Of a stretch of 64,000 bases of DNA, positions 47,216 to 61,580 are shown piece by piece. The notes beneath the pieces were generated by a model. The model saw nothing but the letters and a program-made list of their open reading frames with translations. It was not told the DNA's origin and did not search any database. Each line of letters starts with the position of its first letter. Position 1 is the stretch's first letter. Position numbers and translations under genes: made by a program. This DNA comes from Callorhinchus milii (taxonomy: Eukaryota). The DNA lies in NCBI RefSeq assembly GCF_018977255.1, contig NW_024704743.1, positions 80,912,001-80,976,000 on the forward strand, given 5' to 3'.

Positions 47216-50200
47216 AATGCAGTAAACTACATTGGTGGTAGTTCACATAAATTACTGTCTCACTTAAAAGCTGTAAAACATAATGCCTAGTGGAGGAAGG
47301 ATCATTAAAATGTGATCCTGATGCTGTATCCTGGTTTCTATGCTGTAAACTGATCACCATGTTGTAAACCTTTGATATACACATCTGTGAATATCAGGTT
47401 AGGACAGGATTGAGCTGGGCTAAAATGACCAACAAAGTCAAATACTTTGCCGGCACTCAATATTTATGTTTGGATGTCAAGAATGCACTTGGATAAGGTA
47501 CTGAAAGGTTTCTAGCTCACAAGTACAAAGACTTACACAAACAGAAGTCATGAGAGAGAAAATTGGAGCAATATATTTGAAATCAAAAACATAGAACAAA
47601 AATCACACTGACTCGGGATTTTTGTGTGTGTCAAATCCACAAATGCAGCAATTTGGGGATTTTTAAAATGTAAATATCCCACGTGTTCCCTTAATTCTAG
47701 TACTGTTAGTCGTGGAACAGAGCAGAGGAAGGTTTTACTCTGCCTTTGGTTGTGTTTTACCTGTTTTGGGACTGTTTGGTGCTGAAACTGGATGCCAGAA
47801 GTAGAAAAGCAATTCACGTTCTAACACTGTAATCATTCAAGTTAATGAGTACAAAAACGCACACACACAAAAAAAGCAGCCACATAAATAAATCTCATAG
47901 ACCCTTGCAAAAATGCAGGAATACTTGAAAATAAGTCAATGAGTTCATCCGACTTTTACAGGTCTGAGTTACAGCCCATTTGGGCCAAACAGAAATGGAA
48001 ACTGTGTAAAAGTTCCCCTTCCTCTGATAATTACTGTCAGAACTCAGTCACTGTCTATTTATCCTGTCGAATATCCATGGTTACCAACCATAAGAGAGTT
48101 CCATTTTCAATATCCATTGAGCTCAACTCTTGGCAGAATGAACATCCTTTGAATTACATAAAACACACACATCTTTTTCATTGTGTTTTTGGATCTTCAA
48201 TAGAGTTTCTTTAGCTCCAGGTTCTGTATGGAATTTAGCACTGCAAAGGAAAGGTTGGGTGGACTGACTGCACACCTCCTATTAACCAGTCATCTAGCGG
48301 CATTGATCAAATGACATTGATCAGAGTTGTGCTATGTATTGCAATCCTGAAAATCACAAGACCAGTATAATATTAAGATATCAAGAGCATTCTTTGCCAA
48401 TGTGACGAGCTGCTAAGGTGGCAGCCTGGCTCAGCTGGTAGCATCTTGCTTCTGGGTCAGAAGAGAGCGAGCTTAAGTTACTAATTAAATCTTAACCCAG
48501 AGATGAATTGCTGCCTGGTAAAATATTATTTAGAGATTAGTAAAAATTAAACAATTCACAAATATAATAGGGTTTTTAATAGAGTTTTTCTCATTTTGTC
48601 ATAAATTGGGTGAAACTAGTCCATATCTCAAGGACTGAGTTTGTGACACTTTCCAGCATTTCTTTGTAAAGTGTTTGAAAACATATTTTCATGGAGACTA
48701 TGGTTCTTGGAAAAGTGCTCAATCACGTAAATGGCAGTGTAAGTGGTGTTCCTTGATGCCAGATAAATACTTTGTAATGCAAAGCGGGCGTCTTCCAGGA
48801 AAACCCGTATGCTTGTCACGTGAGATCTTGGGTTCCAGATGATCTGATCAGAGCTAGTTCTGGCATGTCTAGATGGCATTTACAGTGCCACATTCCTAAA
48901 GATACTATTTCAACCCAAATAGCTTGACAGTAGGGCAGGTCGGACGGGAGACCTGGATCATTGGTGATACGTTTCCTCTTTGCTGAGGCAACACGGAAAA
49001 GCACAATGGGTGAAAAAAACAATCCTTACAACCTGTGTATATCCTGTTAGCAGAACAAGACATTGTATTACTTAGTCCTATTTTTTCCTTCACAGTTTGC
49101 TTACCTTTCAGTGTCCTGATGTGCAATTCTTCGGATCAATTCATTCATTTCATTTACACTTTGTGAAAACATTAATGTGCAAATTGACATCTGTGTTCAT
49201 TTACAAAGTTACTACATGTGGTAGAAATTATCTGTGAAATACTTTAAGATATAATAGTTACTATATAAATGCAACATTATTATTATGAACTGTTCTGTCA
49301 TGGGAAAGACGGTAGGAGGTCAGAGGTTTTGAGAAAAAACAACGAATAGATTAAAAATGTAATACATAATTCATTTAGCTTTTTCATGGCAGGGGCTTAA
49401 CATGCAGTATTAAATTGGCCTGAAATTCCAACTGGTGTTATGCACAGTGCCTTTGACAATTGGGCGATTATAATGGGGAAATCCCATTTGCAGCTGACAT
49501 TACTAAAGGCGTTACACTTCAACTGAAATTTCCAGCCCAAATGTCAACTAATCAAAAAATAATAATTGGCTATTATTGGAATAGGTCCTATTTCGTTCTA
49601 TTCTCTTCACCTCTCTTCACCAGAAGTCTAGTCACCTTGTACAATAATTAGTGCCACAGGATTGTTTCAGTGGGGAATTAATTCACTTCTAGATTGTTAG
49701 ATTGTTTCAGTGTTGAGCTCATTCACTTTTATGCGGAGCTGGCTGCTGTACAGATTGGCATTTATGTCAACATGCAGATTTAGCTCCTTTAAGTATCGTT
49801 AAGCATCTTACGAAAACACAGACATATTTTCAATGGATTTACAATAAACCTAGACAGGTTGCTGATCTGGAATGATCTGGTTTTATTCTTACAGAAAGCT
49901 GCATTATCCATCTCTTGCTGGTAGATTTCACTGGATATGCAATTCAGATAAATTACACTCTCAGATCCATATGTTAACCATAAAATTGATGAATTTTCCA
50001 GTGATATTTTTTTCCTAATGTAGCTTTTTGACCCTAGACAATGACAGATTAATTTTCTATTACTATAGCTAGACAAAGTATCTGTGGATTATAGACAAAA
50101 AATTCACAATGATGTTGTGCAAGGAATGAGTTAACTTCTTATTGTATGATGTTGAATACTGACTGGTCTGTTTACCACATTTTGGTATTCTGAGTTTTTA

Positions 50201-50502
50201 AGTTCTTTTATAACATAGAATGAATCACATAAAAAACATGGAAAAGTTAAAACTTCAGAAAGAGCAACTTGATATATTTATTCTTAAGGGTACAATTCAA
50301 CAAAACATTATTTGGAAAAATATATCAGAAATCTACTACAGTCAGCACTTTGTTTATGTTTCTTGCTCTTTATTGCACGGTTTTGAAAGTGTGACTTTTA
50401 TTAAGATCTTTATTAAAGACGGCAGTACCCATTTGATTTCAGATATTGATACCATCTGAACTTAGTTTTGGAATAGAAATGTGTTGTAAAATCTTGTTTG
50501 TC

Positions 50503-50941
50503 AGCCTGGCTCAGTTGGCAACACTCTCGCCTCTGAGTGAGAAGCTTGTGAATTCAAGCCCGGAATCAGGACATGGAACTCATAGAGTTTAAGATGACTC
50601 TCCAATGCAGTGCTTAGGGTGTGCTGCATTGTTGGAGGTGCTGTCCTTTGGATGAAATTTTAAACCGAGGCCCTGTCTGCCTTTTCAGATGGACCTTAAA
50701 GATCCCATGGCACGACTCAAAAAGAGAAGGGAGTTTCTCCTGGTGTCCTGGCCAACAATCCCCCAAACAAAGTTGGTCATTCACTTCATAGGTAATGTGC
50801 GACATTGCTGTGCACAAATTAACTGCCACGTTCGCCGACAAAGCACTGTCACTGCATTTTACAATCTATACTGTGAAGCACTTTGGGATATTCTCCTGAT
50901 GTGAAAGTCGCTACACAAAATGTAAGCATTATTATTATTAC
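50503..50941 (+). mobile_element. Older Deu-domain SINE (SacSINE1/AmnSINE-like), near full length
   Basis: tRNA-like head CAGCCTGGCTCAGTTGGCAACACTCTCGCCTCTGAG. Deu-like core GTGCTGCATTGTTGGAGGTGC...TAAACCGAGGCCCTGTCTGCC...AAAGATCCCATGGCAC...GGTGTCCTGGCCAACA. Confidence 0.8.
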
Positions 50942-53900
50942 TTGTAAAGATAATCGTGAAACTGCCCTATGCAGACAATTCCAAGGGAAATTCCAGTTTT
51001 ACTGATACTGGGAAAAATGTTGGCAATATCTTCTTTGCAGTTTACACCTCTACTGAGAATAATGATGTAGTGGAACTTAACTATAATTCTTCTCATGTTG
51101 CAAGTTAATTACTGATGGCTCCACTCAAACTTTACAGTTCCAGTGACCAATGCAACAGGAAATGTAATTCATCACTGATCTTAGAAATTAACATTTTAAC
51201 AGTGCACTTCTTATACCCTTGGATAGTTTGTTCCCTAAAAGGCTGGATTTGTGAAGAATCTGAATGTGGCATACATTTCAAATGCAGTTCACTTAACACT
51301 AGGACCGAAGAACTCTCACTCACATCTTCTTTTGAGTTAACCCGAAGATAATTTCATAATAGTCTAAGCATTTGAAATAACACGTTATCACATCAGTGAA
51401 ACATCTCAAAGTGATTTACTGTGTAATTGTAGGTGAATGCAACAGCCAATTTGTGCACAACAATTTCCCACGGACAGCCATCGAGTGAATGACTGACTTA
51501 TTTATCTGGGGTATTGTTGGCCAGTACATCAGGAGAAACTCCCTTTCAATTAGAAAATCAAGTTTGTTGTGTGGGAAAGTTCTCTTCACGTAAAATTGCT
51601 CAAAAACAATCTGTACTGATATGGTAGCTTTTAAATAGGAGAATTATTATTATTTATCAATTATTTTTCTCAGTTCTTTTGTATAGCCTGAGAATTAGTG
51701 ATATGATTATTATATGTGTGATTTATAAACACAACCAAACAAAAATTTCCATAAAATGATTTTAATGAATAGTTTATTTTCTCTGCCCCCATTCTATGGA
51801 ACAACGTTCATCTTAAGCCATTTGATCGCATTTTGTATTTTCAGAAGTGGTATTTTCTGAACAAAATGAATAGAACATTAGATCTAGAGGGTACTCCTGT
51901 GTTGAGGCAATATTACCATATAGCTAAAGCTGATGTTGGTCTCATACAGCATTTTAGTGGCAACAAGTCTGCAGATTGTTTACGCTATTGTGTTGTTTTT
52001 TTTAGATTTTCTGCAGAATCCGATTAACAGAACTGATGGTTATGTCATGAAAGAGCAGAGCTGGTGGAAATTCATCACTAACAGAAATGGTGAAAACAAT
52101 AATGGAATGTTTTTCTAGCTAAGCCAGCACAGAAGTGGTAGGGGCAAACTGCCAGTCAGAGAGGCGATTGTAAACCAGACATAAATTTAATCCCACAGCC
52201 GAAGAATCCTGGTGCTTCATCAATCATACTTTATTTCCTTGCTTTTTATTTCTCCCAATTCAATCCTATTTATTCATCCCTATCCCTGTTCAGGAATTGA
52301 CATGAAAATGCTAGCCACAACCTAAGTCAAACACAGATCAAATACGCACAATGAGGAAATTTGTTTTTGTTGGCTTTACTGTCCACCGAATGCAGCTGTA
52401 TGGAAAAAGTAGTAATGTGCAATGTTATATACTGTACATGCATTACTCAGCATGTGGAGAACTAATTAAATCAGATGAAAATGATCCTGTCAGTTTCATT
52501 CTGGTTCACTGAAAAGCTAAGTGCTAACTTTCTATAAAGGTTGGCACACAATAATAACCAGCACCAAATGGGAAGTTGTTGCCTCCAATATAATTTGTCT
52601 AAAGTGTGACAACTCTTGTGAGCTAGCTTCTCATACTGCTCCAATTACACAAGCTCTTGGTGTATGTATGAAACACCCATCATACTCCATTGCCCCATTG
52701 CCATTGTACCCAGTTCATATGTACCCATATGTATATGTATATTGGCGGTCGCGTTTCACCAACAAATATACAGTCTATTCTGTGAAGTGCTTTGAGACGT
52801 CGAGAAGACGTGAAAAGCGCTATATCAAATGCAAGGATTATTATTATTACACCCACGATATGGCTCGCTCCCCCTCACAGAGTATGCTGGGTAGCCTCTG
52901 TGTTCAATCCTCACTGATGAATGCATGTCCCTATAACTAGGTGTATCTTGACTAATGAGTTCCTGCATGTTGACAGGTATTATTACCAATTGCTATTTAA
53001 ATTAAAGCAAAGTGGGAAGCTTCAGCCAATCAGAGTTTTAGGTTACACCTCTATAGCCTAGGCTGAACCTCTTTGTGGATTCCCTCCTTTGATTTATACA
53101 GAAAGCTCGAGTAAGCACGGTTAAGTAAGCTCAACAGAATTTTATTGTAGCTTTGATGAAATCCACAACCCTTGGAATTAAATCTTAAATGACACAATAC
53201 ATATCAACAAATGCAATTATGAGATAACAAACATTAATCATACTTAAACTACACACACTAGCAACCACTTGTAATGAAATTCATGTAAAGTGCAAGAAGA
53301 ACCAACCTCTGACTACTATTCATCAATAGTCAGAGCACATACCTTTGTTATCATAAGGTAGAAAAAATAGTGATCCTGAGCACATGGCGCTCATTCTTTT
53401 ATGGGCACTGAGCTTCTCTCCGAATTAGGGAACCCAATGGTAATTGTATTTCACCAATTACTTGATGTAATTGGTGCCTTTTTTATGGTCCAATCAGCGC
53501 CTCCCCTCAGTTGCCCGATAGGGGACAGGTTTAGTTCCAATCCTTCATTTGTATATTAGAATGTAAGTTACCCGCCAAATTGTTGCAACCGACACCTTTG
53601 GAGATCTGATGCCAACATAAGTATAAAAACAACGCTAAATACATTTAAAAAATTATTTAAAGGGCCAGTTCAATATATTTATAATGCACATGTGCCAGTT
53701 CTACCAAACTCCAGCACTTTCCGAGTTTCCCCGAGCACAATCGGTAATTACTAACCGCACTCACACTGGTTAATGCTTTTAGCAAACACATAAACTTCAC
53801 AGAACGTATTTTAAACAGACAGGCTTAGAACCCAAAGGGGTGACTGTGACACAGTCAAATGGAGTGATTGTTTTAAGACCAGGACAAGGCGAATGACCAG

Positions 53901-54399
53901 GATTGTTGGTAATCGCAATTGGAGAGCTCCTTTCTTTTCTAAAAATGGTGTCAAGGAATCTTCAGGGTCCACCTGAACAGGCAGACTGCTCCTTAGTTCA
54001 GCATCCCATTTGAAATACAGCACTTCTGACAATACAGGAACCCCCTGTTATTGCCCTGGGATGTCAACATAAATATGAGCTCAAGTCCTGATGTGGGTAT
54101 AAACCACAGCACCCTGACCTAGAGTAAAACACCGAAAAGAATCACCAGGACTGTACTAAAAGCCATGATTTGGAAATTCGGACAGATTGTTAGTTAAACT
54201 GTGTGCAGCAAATTCCTTTCACAATCTATCCAAGGTCCTAAAGCTTTATCCAGTGTCAGCAAAATTATAACACGTATTATTTAAAAGGGTAATATTTTAG
54301 TATTACCCGAATGTGCTGTGTGAAAGAATTAGACCAGATTTTTTTTTCCTGTACAGTGAAGTTGAGAGGGCTCCATTAACATCACTCTGACCCATAGAA

Positions 54400-54625
54400 A
54401 ATCATGAGAAATGCACACAAAATACAAGCGGGGAATTGTGATGTTGGTTAATGGGAACAAATACAGTTTGATATCTTATAAAAAACACACAGGAAGGGTG
54501 ATTCAGGCCCAGATACTGAACTTGTTTAAAAAGCCACTTAATGAGACGATACCAGGACAGGTAGGTGGATTCTGGAGGGACGAGATGAAGTGGACTGAGG
54601 GCTTTCTTCATCCAAACCAATTTTG
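54400..54625 (+). mobile_element. Degenerate CR1 3' fragment
   Basis: GGACAGGTAGGTGGATTCTGGAGGGACGAGATGAAGTGGACTGAGGGCTTTCTTCATCC resembles the CR1 3' UTR. Confidence 0.55.
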
Positions 54626-57600
54626 TAATCTTGTGAGTGCATTATGAAAGATCACATTTTTCACTCATTTACTGTGAAGGATGCTGAACTCATTTAAGAA
54701 ACAGCTTTATGCTATAATGGGAGAACGGTAGGTTAAGTATTTTTGAAGTATAATTTTGTTCATTCACAAAATATTGTAAACACAGTCACACTACTTTATC
54801 ATATACATATAAAGTGCTCACATTGAGGTGTCCTGACAAAATGATAAGGTGCTATATCAAATGCAAGTATTATTTGTTTGAATCCACAACCTTCTGACTC
54901 AGAGGTGACAGTGCTATCAACTGAAGCAGATTTACAAAGTCTGACACAGCAATCTGCAAAAGCAGATCTTTTATATGTTTTTAAGTTAATAGGGAAGATA
55001 GGACTCTGAGTCAATCTTTGGATAAAGCCTCAGAAGATGAAAAAATTGTTCTCAAACAATTGTACCCATCTCATGTGTTTTGATGTCATTATCCGTTTTG
55101 ATTTCACAGTGCATGTGGGAGAAATATTGGATATTGGTTTGTTTTTAATGTGGTTCTGCACTGGGAGCAATATAAGTTTGTAGGTTGACGCAATTAGCTT
55201 GGCTGGGGCCCAGGGTCATAGGGATGGGGCAGGGAATTACTAACAGTCCCAATAGTTAGGATCATGTTGCTGACCAGAATATGTTTTCTACTTGATTTAG
55301 TTACATTTTTGGTGTTATTTTGTTGATATAAGTTGATAATCTAAACATTCATGATGCATCTTGTTCATACGATAATCTGTAAGGATTTGAACCATTGTAA
55401 TGTAAGGTGGTCTCTCCTGAGCAGCACTGATTCCCAGTGCTCTGAGATCAGCAACAATCACTCCATGATTGGTAATAATAAAGATGACAGAGGCTGAAAT
55501 CTTCCATTTCATTAATTCCACGTTGACCCATAGAAAATAAAGGGAGATGGACATCAAGTACAATTGGAAAATAGTTATTCTGAAGTTGCTATTGATCGCT
55601 TTTGACTAAAATTTCTGTCCATGTGATAATTAATAATAATAATCATATAATAACCCTTGCATTTGATACAGTGTCTTTCGTGTTAGCAGGACGTCTCAAA
55701 GAACTTCAAGGGATTTACTGTAAAGTAAGCGTGGTGGATGCTTAATTTGTAGGCTCTTTTTTCATCGGACACAGCAGTGGGTAGAGCACTTTATAGACCT
55801 CAATAAAAGAGTACATTTTTTCTACAGTGTGGGTTCGGGATTCATTGGAAGTTTAATTGTTACACCATGAATCACATTTCACCCACAATGTCGCCTGTTG
55901 CAGGAGAGAATTAGTGTATTAGAAACGCTTTTGAAATCTGGTAACTGGTTACATTTAAACTGGCACTCAATATTCATCAATGTACTTTAATAGTCACAAA
56001 TAGAAAGACTAAGCGGTGTCTGCGTTTCATGGCAGACTTCAAGACTGTACAGTTTGTTATGTAATGTCTGTATCATACCTAACCACATATATTTGTAGTG
56101 TAATGGTCGTCCTAGTAATTCCACTATTAATCATATAGTTGTATCGAACTTTTGAGACTGAAATGGCTCCAACATCTGCCAAAATCCAGTCCCAAAGGTC
56201 CAATGTAACAACCTTGGCATTGGAACAAATAAAGTCAGCACAAGCTGCTGATTCCATCTTGGTCTTTTACTCTTCAGCTGCAGTTTTAACTCCGCAAAAT
56301 GATCACCATGATGTCATTACATTGCACATTACAGGCAAGTCACCAGGGTTAAAACTTGTAGCTGCCCCATACTATGGACGGAGATAGAAACTGAAACCAC
56401 CCTTGATAAGTAAACACAATAACAAACAAATGTATTGACAGAGAGGCTAAAAACACACACTCGCAGCACTAGCAGTCAATCCTAGAGAAAATATTCAATG
56501 GCTGGTTGCACTACTTCTTACATTTTTGGAATATCACCTGCCTTTGTCTCTATTTCAGACCAGCACAGCTGTAACCTATGCTTTTGTTACCTCAAGATTA
56601 AAATTCTCCAAAGTTTCCCTCGCCAGCCGCCCTGGCAAAACCCACCACAATACCAGTAAATGAAAAGAGAAGGGAGACATTTCTCCCCATGTTCTGGTGA
56701 TTCACTGATTTGCTAGTGCAAAGTTTAAGTATTTGGCTTCAAAAAAGTCACAAAATTTGACAGTAATTACTTATGAAATACTTTGAAAAATGTTATCTTG
56801 ATATTTTATAAAATCCCAAGGCCTTCTATCTGCAGGTGCTAGATATAATTTCCAAACCTAGACTGATATATTTGCTCATTACCCATGATTTGTGAAAAAG
56901 ATTAGTCTGATTACATTCCTGAAGGAGCACACAACTTGAGCATTAACTGTTCTGCTGCATTTGCAATTAAGCTTTTTTAATTACTCCTTTGTCAAAACTG
57001 CTTTACTGCTGCAGTATGTGCGGAATTGAGTCTTTAAACTAATCTGCATTAATAGACGGTTACATGGAATACTCATATTAATGAATGATTAGCAGTTTCA
57101 TAGATTATCATACTTAAATCTAATTTCAGCTTGTCAAAAAAGAGTGGAAAAGTTTAGGGAAGTGTTTCTGTCAATGCTGAACATGTAACCATAATGATAT
57201 GCTTAATGGAGTCGGTCTATACAGTATTTTGTTTCATTAGCATTGATGTAATTTCTGTAAAGATGGATGTGATCTATTGTGCCAGTCTACTGCAAAATTA
57301 TTTCCAATTTAAGGCTGAATGAGATCTTCCACAATTTGGGGCAATTTAAGATTCTAAGGTGAGATGATTTTACAGGCTAAGACTAGTTGGAATCTCAGAG
57401 CTCAAGTAGATTTTCCCCTAAAGATGAAGTTGATAATATGGCAGAATACCTTGAAAATGAAAATAGAGGAGGGAAGTGCAGAAGAGAAGAGAGGAAAGAG
57501 AGTCACCAATTTCAACCTTGGGCCAGTATTTATAAAGAGTATGCACAAAGCTACATCGCCCATTGATGTAAACCACAGTAGTCCCTTATCGGAATGTGCA

Positions 57601-58984
57601 TCACTGGACTGAATATAAAAGGCATGTTGTGTTTTGGATAGTTCATTCTGATGGACATGTACATGTGGAATTCTTTAGCTTCTTCTGCAAACTGTCTGTG
57701 ACACAGGAACGTTGAGAAGTATGTGCATCACTAAATCTCTGGTGGTGTGTGTTTAGTCTTTCACCTCTTGCTCAAAGTATTGTCATCACCCAGCTCCTGA
57801 GGTACACATCTGGACTGTGGTGTACCTCTTGAGAGTCAGAGTTTTGTCCGTCTGTTCTTTCCACACAAGGACCAGGAGACCATAAGCTTTTGATTCTTAA
57901 ATAGTTTAATACAACGGAACTCTGAGAATGACATTATTACCAACAATGTATTCTAAAAGATTAAGCTTTTCTTTCAGTCAATTCTGAGGATGCTATAGTT
58001 TATGCTTTTTATTATGGCTTTGAGAATTGTGATAGGATTTCTTTTTAACAGCAGATATATAAATATGGCAAGTTTGGAAATATCCAGTGTATTTAAAGAA
58101 TATTGCTGAGGAACTGGGTGTTTTAATGTTGGAAGAATGAAAGAGGAAAAGGAAACAGAAACAATCCACTAAATTAGGGATAGAGGAAGTAAAAGCAAGT
58201 AGAAATATCAGGTTAGAGAAACACTGTTGCATATACAACTACCTTAAATTCAAGCTACATGTAGTAATTAATCTTGGAAGAGTTACAAAGCAGTCAGCAT
58301 TCCTGTTTTTTAGATTAGAAGTTCTTATTTGACTAACAAATATTTGTGTTGGCGCCTCGTACTTAATGGGATATTGTCAGGGCAGGAAACGCATATTCAA
58401 CATATTTATCTTTTCACCCACTTATAATTTGTTGCTTTTAACATTCTTGCTTAACACTAAGTGAAAAAGGTAGGTTATCAAATTAATGGTTTGTTCCAAA
58501 CTCTGCCAGGGACATTTGAAATAACAATCACTATTATAAATAATGGAGGAAGAAAATGGAATCACTGAAAAAATGTTTTTAGACCATGAAAAATGCTAGC
58601 GCTGAGTAAAATGTAAATTGAAAACGGATAATGGGAATATTTGGGGACAAAACATGAATCAGAACTTGGGGCCACCGTCCAAAGCACCATTATACATCTT
58701 AACATTTGACTGTTTCAGGATTATACAGAGGAAATAATCCATCAATGTTCAATCATGGCATTGTAGTACATTTAAACAATTACCAGTATCTTCAAAGATT
58801 TGTTTCCGTTACAGGGATGTAGTAGGGATTATAATTAAGTTTATTGGTTTGACATTGTAAAATACATGGTTAGTATTGGAGAACTAAGTATAGAATTACA
58901 ATTAAATGTTACATCAAATATTGTTATTTGGGATGCACTGCATTCAGCAGAACTTGGATATAGTTTGTCTCTCGATAATTTTTT

Positions 58985-59304
58985 GGAGTCCTGTAGCTCA
59001 GTGGTTAGAGCACTCGCTTTGCAAGTGAGATACCTGAGTTCAATTCCAGACAGGGCGAAACCTTGGGCAAGTTTCCTTACTCCACACGCCTAATAATAAT
59101 CCCTCCAAAACCAAAAACAATAATAAATTGGTCATTTTCAATCTATGACTGTTTGTGGGACATTGCTGTGCGCAATTGGCTGCCGCGTTCTCCCACAAAT
59201 ATACAGTCAATTCACTTTACAGTGTGTTCTGTGAAGCGCTTTGGGACGTCCTCCCGACGTGAAAAGCGCTATATCAAATGCAAGGATTATTATTATTATT
59301 ATTA
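58985..59304 (+). mobile_element. Full-length tRNA-derived SINE (same subfamily as 34857-35184)
   Basis: Near-identical to 34857-35184 throughout. Confidence 0.92.
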
Positions 59305-60012
59305 CAAGCTGTCAACATTATTTTGAATTTATATTTTCTGCTAGATGTCAGGACTGTACTTTACTGCTGTGCTGTGTTAATCTTGTGTGCAGGTTCTACC
59401 CTTCTCAAATTCAGTCCAGAAAGGAAACCAAAGCTGCCAGAAACTATTAGTGACCTGCAGGCATGTTATGGGATTGTTTTTCATTCTGTTGCTTTTCCAA
59501 AATTTATAGCTGATGTTTTCAAAGATACAAAGAAAGTGACTAATTAGCAGAGTATAAATAATAAAAATTTCAGTGGCCTCTCTTGTTACAGACTCTACTA
59601 AGTCTAGACTTATTAAGTTTACCAAGAGCAACTGCTGGCAAAAGCAAATGTGATCTGGACTGCAGTTCAGCAGGTTACTGATCCTCTTGTGCAGTCCTGA
59701 ACAAGGCCAACATAGTGGGAATTACTGTAATCATGTAACATGGATCTAAAATCCCTCAAGTAAAAGAGCTCTAAAAGGAAATTTGCATTTTGGAAAACAA
59801 TCCAAAATATACAGTCAATTCACTTTGCAGTATATTATGTGAAGCACTTTGAGACATCTTATTGACGTGATAATACGCTATATCAAATGCAAGTATTATA
59901 AAAAAAGGCAAATCTTCCCTTTTCTCCTCTGCCTTTAAATCATTTCTAGATGTATTAATTTCCCTATTCTTATCATTGAGAGGCACACATCTAGTCAGGT
60001 GCTCTGCTAATT

Positions 60013-60157
60013 AACAACAACAAGATTACATTGGTATAGCGCCTTTCATGTCGGGAGGACGTCCCAAGGCACTGGATCACAATTGTCACCTTTACAGCGC
60101 CTTTGGACATCCTCCCAACGTGAAAGGCGCTATATAAATGTAATCTTGTTGTTGTTG
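60013..60157. mobile_element. Two L2 3'-terminal modules in inverted (head-to-head) arrangement
   Basis: 60013-60073 (minus strand) and 60095-60157 (plus strand), separated by ~21 bp. Confidence 0.88.
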
Positions 60158-61340
60158 TATAGCTGAGAAATAAAGCAGTGTCTCATTGGATTACTCATAT
60201 TTAGCAAAATTTCCAAATCCTTTAAGTCAGGTTCAATGAAATGGGGGTTAACTTTCATTGATTTATTGATTAAATGATGCCCTACTCCCTCCAATGCACA
60301 ACTAATGAGACTGCACCACAATGACAGGCTCTTTACTGCTGCCGGGCATCTCCTACTCAATGTTTCTGGTAGATTTAACACAGCCTTTGAGCTGAACCCC
60401 ACCCAGAATTCTGTGTATGACACAAAGAGTCTGAAGTGTAGGGAAAACATTCAAATGAAACAGGTAAATGTCTTATTTTTTTAATCGAAGGTCATTGATT
60501 AATTTTTTAAAAAGTTATTTGCACTTTGTCTTTCTTGGGTCAGCTGGGACCTCAGTCCATTCCCCAATGAGAGGCCAAACAACAGACCTTCTCCAAAGCC
60601 ATCAATGTTTTTTTCCAAAATCAGCTAGGACTAACAAAGCCATATTGAAAACCATAAGTACCTAAAACAAATCAATACTCAGCTTTAAAGAGGCAACATG
60701 TAGGGAGCCTTTATGTACTCGGGAGAGGAAATATCCTGCTTCCGGTCTCCTTGTGAGAATAGATCGAATTACAGCTGTGATGCTTTCCTTGGTGAAATCA
60801 CCCACAAGCATTTAAATACTGCATGCACACGTGAAGAAGACACTTGGGTGAACCTCAGAGGGCACTTGGCAATAGGGGATCTGCGATCCTGCCTGAAGAT
60901 TGAGGAGGAAAGCAGAGAAAAGTGAACTGGAAGGAAAATTTGAGAAAAAAAATACGAGTATAGAGGAAACAAGATGTATTTGTCCTTCAATTAAAAAAGT
61001 ATAATAGTGCACTATATAATTAAGATAATTGCATATTTGTCAAGGTCGCCCCTTTGTTTTCTATGCCTGTCTCTTGTACAGTATAAAATATGTTGTATAA
61101 AGTTTATGTTGGCTAAAAGCATTAGCCGGGGTGAGTGCGGTTAGTAATTATTGATTGCGCTTGGGGAAACTCAGAAAATGCTGAAGTTGGGTAGAACTGG
61201 TGCATGTGCGTTATAAGTATAACGACTGTGCTGGTCGGGCCCCGCGCCCCCCTTCTTTACATATAGCCCACAACTGGTCACTTTCAATATTCACACATGA
61301 AGAGAGGCCTGGATAAGATGTATTTAAACGACAACTTATA

Positions 61341-61580
61341 TAATAATAATAATGAATTATCCTTGCATTTGATATAGCGCTTTTCACGTCTTCTTGACGT
61401 CTCAAAGCGCTTCACAGAATAGACTATAAAGTGAATTGACTGTATTTTTATGGGCGAAACGTGGCAACCAATTGTGCACAGCAGTGTCCCACAAACAGTC
61501 GTGGATTGAAATGACCAATTTATTATTTTGTTTTGGAGGGATTATTATTAGGCGTGTGGAGTAAGGAAACTTGCCCAAGG
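61341..61580 (-). mobile_element. 5'-truncated SINE (short variant)
   Basis: Reverse complement of 59062-59300, lacking the tRNA head. Confidence 0.87.

Larger units (their letters stand above)
53676..61220. repeat. Inverted repeat pair (approx. 53676-53852 / 61038-61220)
   Basis: About 180-bp arms, e.g. TAATTACTAACCGCACTCAC vs GTGAGTGCGGTTAGTAATTA. Confidence 0.85.
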
